A stretch of DNA of 63,328 nt, counting the filler, from Clostridiaceae bacterium (GTDB lineage: Bacteria > Bacillota > Clostridia > CAYPLH01 > DUMO01), in assembly GCA_012839865.1 (NCBI GenBank). It is 4 parts of 4 records of this genome, joined end to end, with 100 filler letters (N's around TTAATTAATTAA, not from the genome) between each part and the next. Parts side by side here need not be neighbours in the genome. Positions count along the whole stretch, not along the records: positions 56,400 to 63,328 come from DUMO01000075.1; 3 more parts are not named here. One strand, 5' to 3'. Below, piece by piece: positions 62,401-63,328 of this stretch. Below the pieces are notes generated by a model. It saw only the letters and a list, made by a program, of their open reading frames with translations. It searched no databases and was not told where the DNA came from. Made by a program: the position numbers and the translations under genes. Every line of letters starts with the position of its first letter. Position 1 is the first letter of the stretch.

Positions 62401-63328
62401 AAACTATAGCTGCAGTCTGTCAGCTCTATCGTTGCATAATTATAATCATATGGGTCCCTTAAAATCTTTCGTGCAGCAAAAAAATCCGCCACGGGTTTTT
62501 CATCATCATATATTGTAATTAAAATGCTATTTTCAGAAGAATAACCTTGACTGTTTACCACTTTCAATGTGACATTATAAGCACCTGCAGACTCAAACAA
62601 AACTTCTTTAATCGGAGCATGTAAACCGCCTGCATATTTTATATCGCTGGGAGTACCTCCGGATACAGTTTCTATACGCCATTCATAGGAAGTTATAACA
62701 GTACCTTCAGGTGTCCAACTGTTAATCCCATCCAATACAACTTTTCTGTTTTTCTTCAATGTCCCCCTTATTTGCGGATATGCAACAGGAGTGTCAGGTG
62801 CTACTGAAATTGTTTTAACCGCAGTATTGGTGCTTCCTTTATCGTCAACAACAGTTAAATGAATAGCATATGTACCCGCACTTTCATACTTTATCGTTCC
62901 CTCAGCTCCGCTTATGTTGCCTGTTGCTCCTGTTGTTACCCATGTATAGGATACAATAGTTCCATCCAAATCATATGAGTTTGAACCTTTAACATGAAGC
63001 GGATTTCCTGTTTTTACGGTATCTGCGCAAGTAATAATGGCTACAGGCTCTCTATTTGAAATAACAACAGGTGTCGGTGATGGTGTTGGCGTAGGAGAAA
63101 CATGTGGCAGTGGCGTTGGTGTTGGGGTCGGGGTAGTATTTGGCTCAGGTGTAGGAGTAGGTATAGGTGTGGGTACCGGCGTAGCCAAACTTGTAACAAA
63201 AGCAAAAAACATTGCCGGTTCTCCCTCGGATTCCACCCCTTCACTATCAGTAACTTTATGCAGAATATATAAGTAGTTCCCTTCCTGGGTTTGTGATTTT
63301 ACCCCAAAGAACTGAGCTGGATTTGTAA
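56403..63328 (-). CDS. Very large secreted/surface protein (>2300 aa, 5' end outside window): PT linker, PKD and Ig-like domains, tandem 96-aa repeats
   Basis: Frame stays open to the window edge upstream of the track's GTG 63236; PKD motif SYDLDG...YESAGTYAIHLTVVDDKG; repeated D.AGN Ig strands; DSDNDG Ca-binding-like motif. Confidence 0.85.
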   Translation of the reverse strand, partial: TNPAQFFGVKSQTQEGNYLYILHKVTDSEGVESEGEPAMFFAFVTSLATPVPTPIPTPTPEPNTTPTPTPTPLPHVSPTPTPSPTPVVISNREPVAIITCADTVKTGNPLHVKGSNSYDLDGTIVSYTWVTTGATGNISGAEGTIKYESAGTYAIHLTVVDDKGSTNTAVKTISVAPDTPVAYPQIRGTLKKNRKVVLDGINSWTPEGTVITSYEWRIETVSGGTPSDIKYAGGLHAPIKEVLFESAGAYNVTLKVVNSQGYSSENSILITIYDDEKPVADFFAARKILRDPYDYNYATIELTDCSYSLDGDIIARRKWTYKYDSDNDGSFDDEVTQVLHDGNSTTVTLRTNQVGKYLFELEVYEGFGQDTIPGLISGNDYAFDTTSDKPLSEKVVEVINVAPVTSFEMKPARMIDVYVFSSDLAGSHHETNSLSALNDFKAEMLSRGFDVNYIYYNTKNYTHIGNHNSCSTCSIAEPEVKFGYQVRMKIDEAYMTYRWGEITELWHNGKATYYLLDGGRLGATYRFEWYEWDGWYSTNKDILIPVNDVEDIVFTTNYDWDVFFGEKEKGEKITNVFIVRLTNGDFKKIRWTFDTYNSHLPAQYCMTIKTENLTQAEINILNEAYSEDNVIFCKDANSLIYGKPTEYGYCDLYEIVYSAEVMSVSKIPATSYYGAKYVTIDTSSSYPELAGYAGWIGKLKGSSGYYWETYVWSPKLLPQGRNRIARTETAYKPVKVYGLDYDVLRSNINVRTGAVNYAIFFHSIWDKKTGYGLVNTLNDSFVNWLNDNNFEIYISARDDQLTTYQSAYAPDHVQNPQPNRQTVNLSDLMISTNFCELVNYNNLQAILDDIKNKNPAESSQVTSYAIVGEPYNYEYFYKDYESDPLYEMKWKYTHDPYFFENSEGLDPDSGQLLSNPKQIFTKPGKYIVVVMSRDNPKNNNKFDSYRLWSDEKNSTRIIYAHRRPVANFEAYVYYDNGYRVKITDNSYDPDRVSSENRGIAEKRWQYRVGSAGAWINGLPSGVISSSEYTYIKFEVRDMQGAWSEPEIIAVRGEDYKDTPPDITVNPDMRPWDKTNVSVNVSCTGNFTYVDYLWSTSAIKPAGGWNRSYNRSFSLSQQTEGIWFLHIEGVYGNGKSYKLAGPYCIDKTLPTGTYTVSNSSWTNSSVLINVKGIDTLSGIKCIRLPNGTVINSDTCNYAVSLNGTYNFVIEDNAGNTCTVSVSVSNIDDIYPSGVFSPDNSSWTNDTVNVAFYPSDAGGSGIDKWRYRVSTDNGSGWGSWSSYITGGAGGNIPLNRDGIYKIQAEVVDRAGNIATITSGTYYIETVLPEGKFLPNAYEWTNDVLKIIFDPEDSGGSGLYRWRYRTSNNNGGNYGSWSDYFYGDTSGNIFLTQEGLWKIQAEVYDNAGNSQTITSGTYCIDMSKPSGGLYPGGCDWTNSNVTVLFNYTDSGGSGVSRWRYRTSRDNGHNFSDWSLFVPAEMNQSIVLDSTGVWRIQVEVYDKSGNMVTVSSNAYLIDKSPPLYTATDISGYRYRNGAYHWIRPDESVSISIRGYEAESGMRYSYIRLPSAGDNRAVHDWESGAMHINEWMTSSYTKITGARESLERDGYYEVTWSVKGLGDVLSEVQYGFADKAGNIADYNGTGCYIGVDGTSPGRPLINSSNGEWTNRDVIINITHGTDTGSGVEKSQYKIGYGSEWLDYTSTFTVSQEGETIIYARTVDNVGNIGEESFCMVKIDKTPPVIQVSPQSHSMAGFELPVEVNISDAGGSGFSRFRYAWSGTTMLPGTWNDEYSSSCSISYTETGTAYLHIEAFDKAGNKAYGCYGPYTLYAPRVDIFFNTINGDNPILPFVSAGGSYSIVSEEDSQRGAIIKSNIEVLKAQVWLNEELHGELVLGTPEYDGYEYIYGAEVFCGTIPPDLSDGMHTVKISAETVPGTTEYRMQNISVLTLADLNIEVYNDAEKKTYTDATNVETEQGIFNSILSQYFENVFIARTTPYVSHVNVELMNETGDVYQNISLSDNDNDNKWDWTTHIDEPFFEGVNHGTMRFTAITTNGNVESKEMTYYIRRLKLENFRITKILDFNWKEYFEKENGEPTELAKNGIGIEDMPVFRNIQHDGIKLGYMINCRIDSAGLDRNGDYININVSYYAMDNANNIFEADIYVQDKNGEYCLLRDSEYYDICHNIQLNRNQRTLHDAEPDKANYNTWFFDFFLPSTAKVVKKGEPLDLFRDNTLKNKLLVVFDITAHSETGATFDYTFHENKWAAGDGSSYGANRPSQLDLAGKGRNHGEVFWYNLSQTALDDLKFNREW
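58791..59654 (-). repeat. Three tandem 288-nt (96-aa) Ig-like repeats
   Basis: Units start at 59654, 59366 and 59078; shared WTN...DSGGSG..WRYR.S..NG...WS...KIQAEV.D.AGN. Confidence 0.85.
63069..63182 (-). repeat. Pro/Thr-rich linker
   Basis: TPVPTPIPTPTPEPNTTPTPTPTP...SPTPTPSPTP. Confidence 0.85.

Overview
AT-rich DNA from a spore-forming, motile Clostridia bacterium, probably Acetivibrio/Ruminiclostridium-like (inferred from gyrB-parA-parB order, Pro/Thr linkers, yabG and the ger operon). The window is four contigs joined by artificial 100-nt N/TTAATTAATTAA/N linkers (22896-22995, 46524-46623, 56300-56399), so neighbourhood across linkers means nothing. Contig 1 has AraC, a three-part module (conserved 225-aa protein, unannotated 25-aa peptide, membrane HD-GYP phosphodiesterase), a Cys-to-Asp MurA, spore genes, a two-sulfatase ABC catabolic operon, yabG, nagB, a REP-like cluster and an epimerase. 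Contig 2 has a GH18, a truncated SDR, orphan motAB, two tRNA-Ser, parB, parA, two parS sites, gyrB, remB, an MCP, a gerKA(frameshifted)-KC-KB operon, an XRE mini-regulon with protease genes, and an IS-interrupted MCP. Contig 3 is an ABC/PHP/FGGY/M81/MBL/LarA catabolic operon. Contig 4 is a >2300-aa multi-Ig/PKD surface protein. Two standouts: (1) a 2301-nt group IIA intron sits exactly inside the Walker A codons of parA (GGVG|KTT); its EBS1/EBS2/delta pairings are intact but its protein is RT-dead and endonuclease-less, suggesting a domesticated, maturase-only intron on which ParA depends; (2) a candidate peptide-signalling system that may link a secreted pentapeptide (QFFWL) to c-di-GMP turnover, with a structured leader. 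All family assignments come from motif recognition by eye; no database searches were run.
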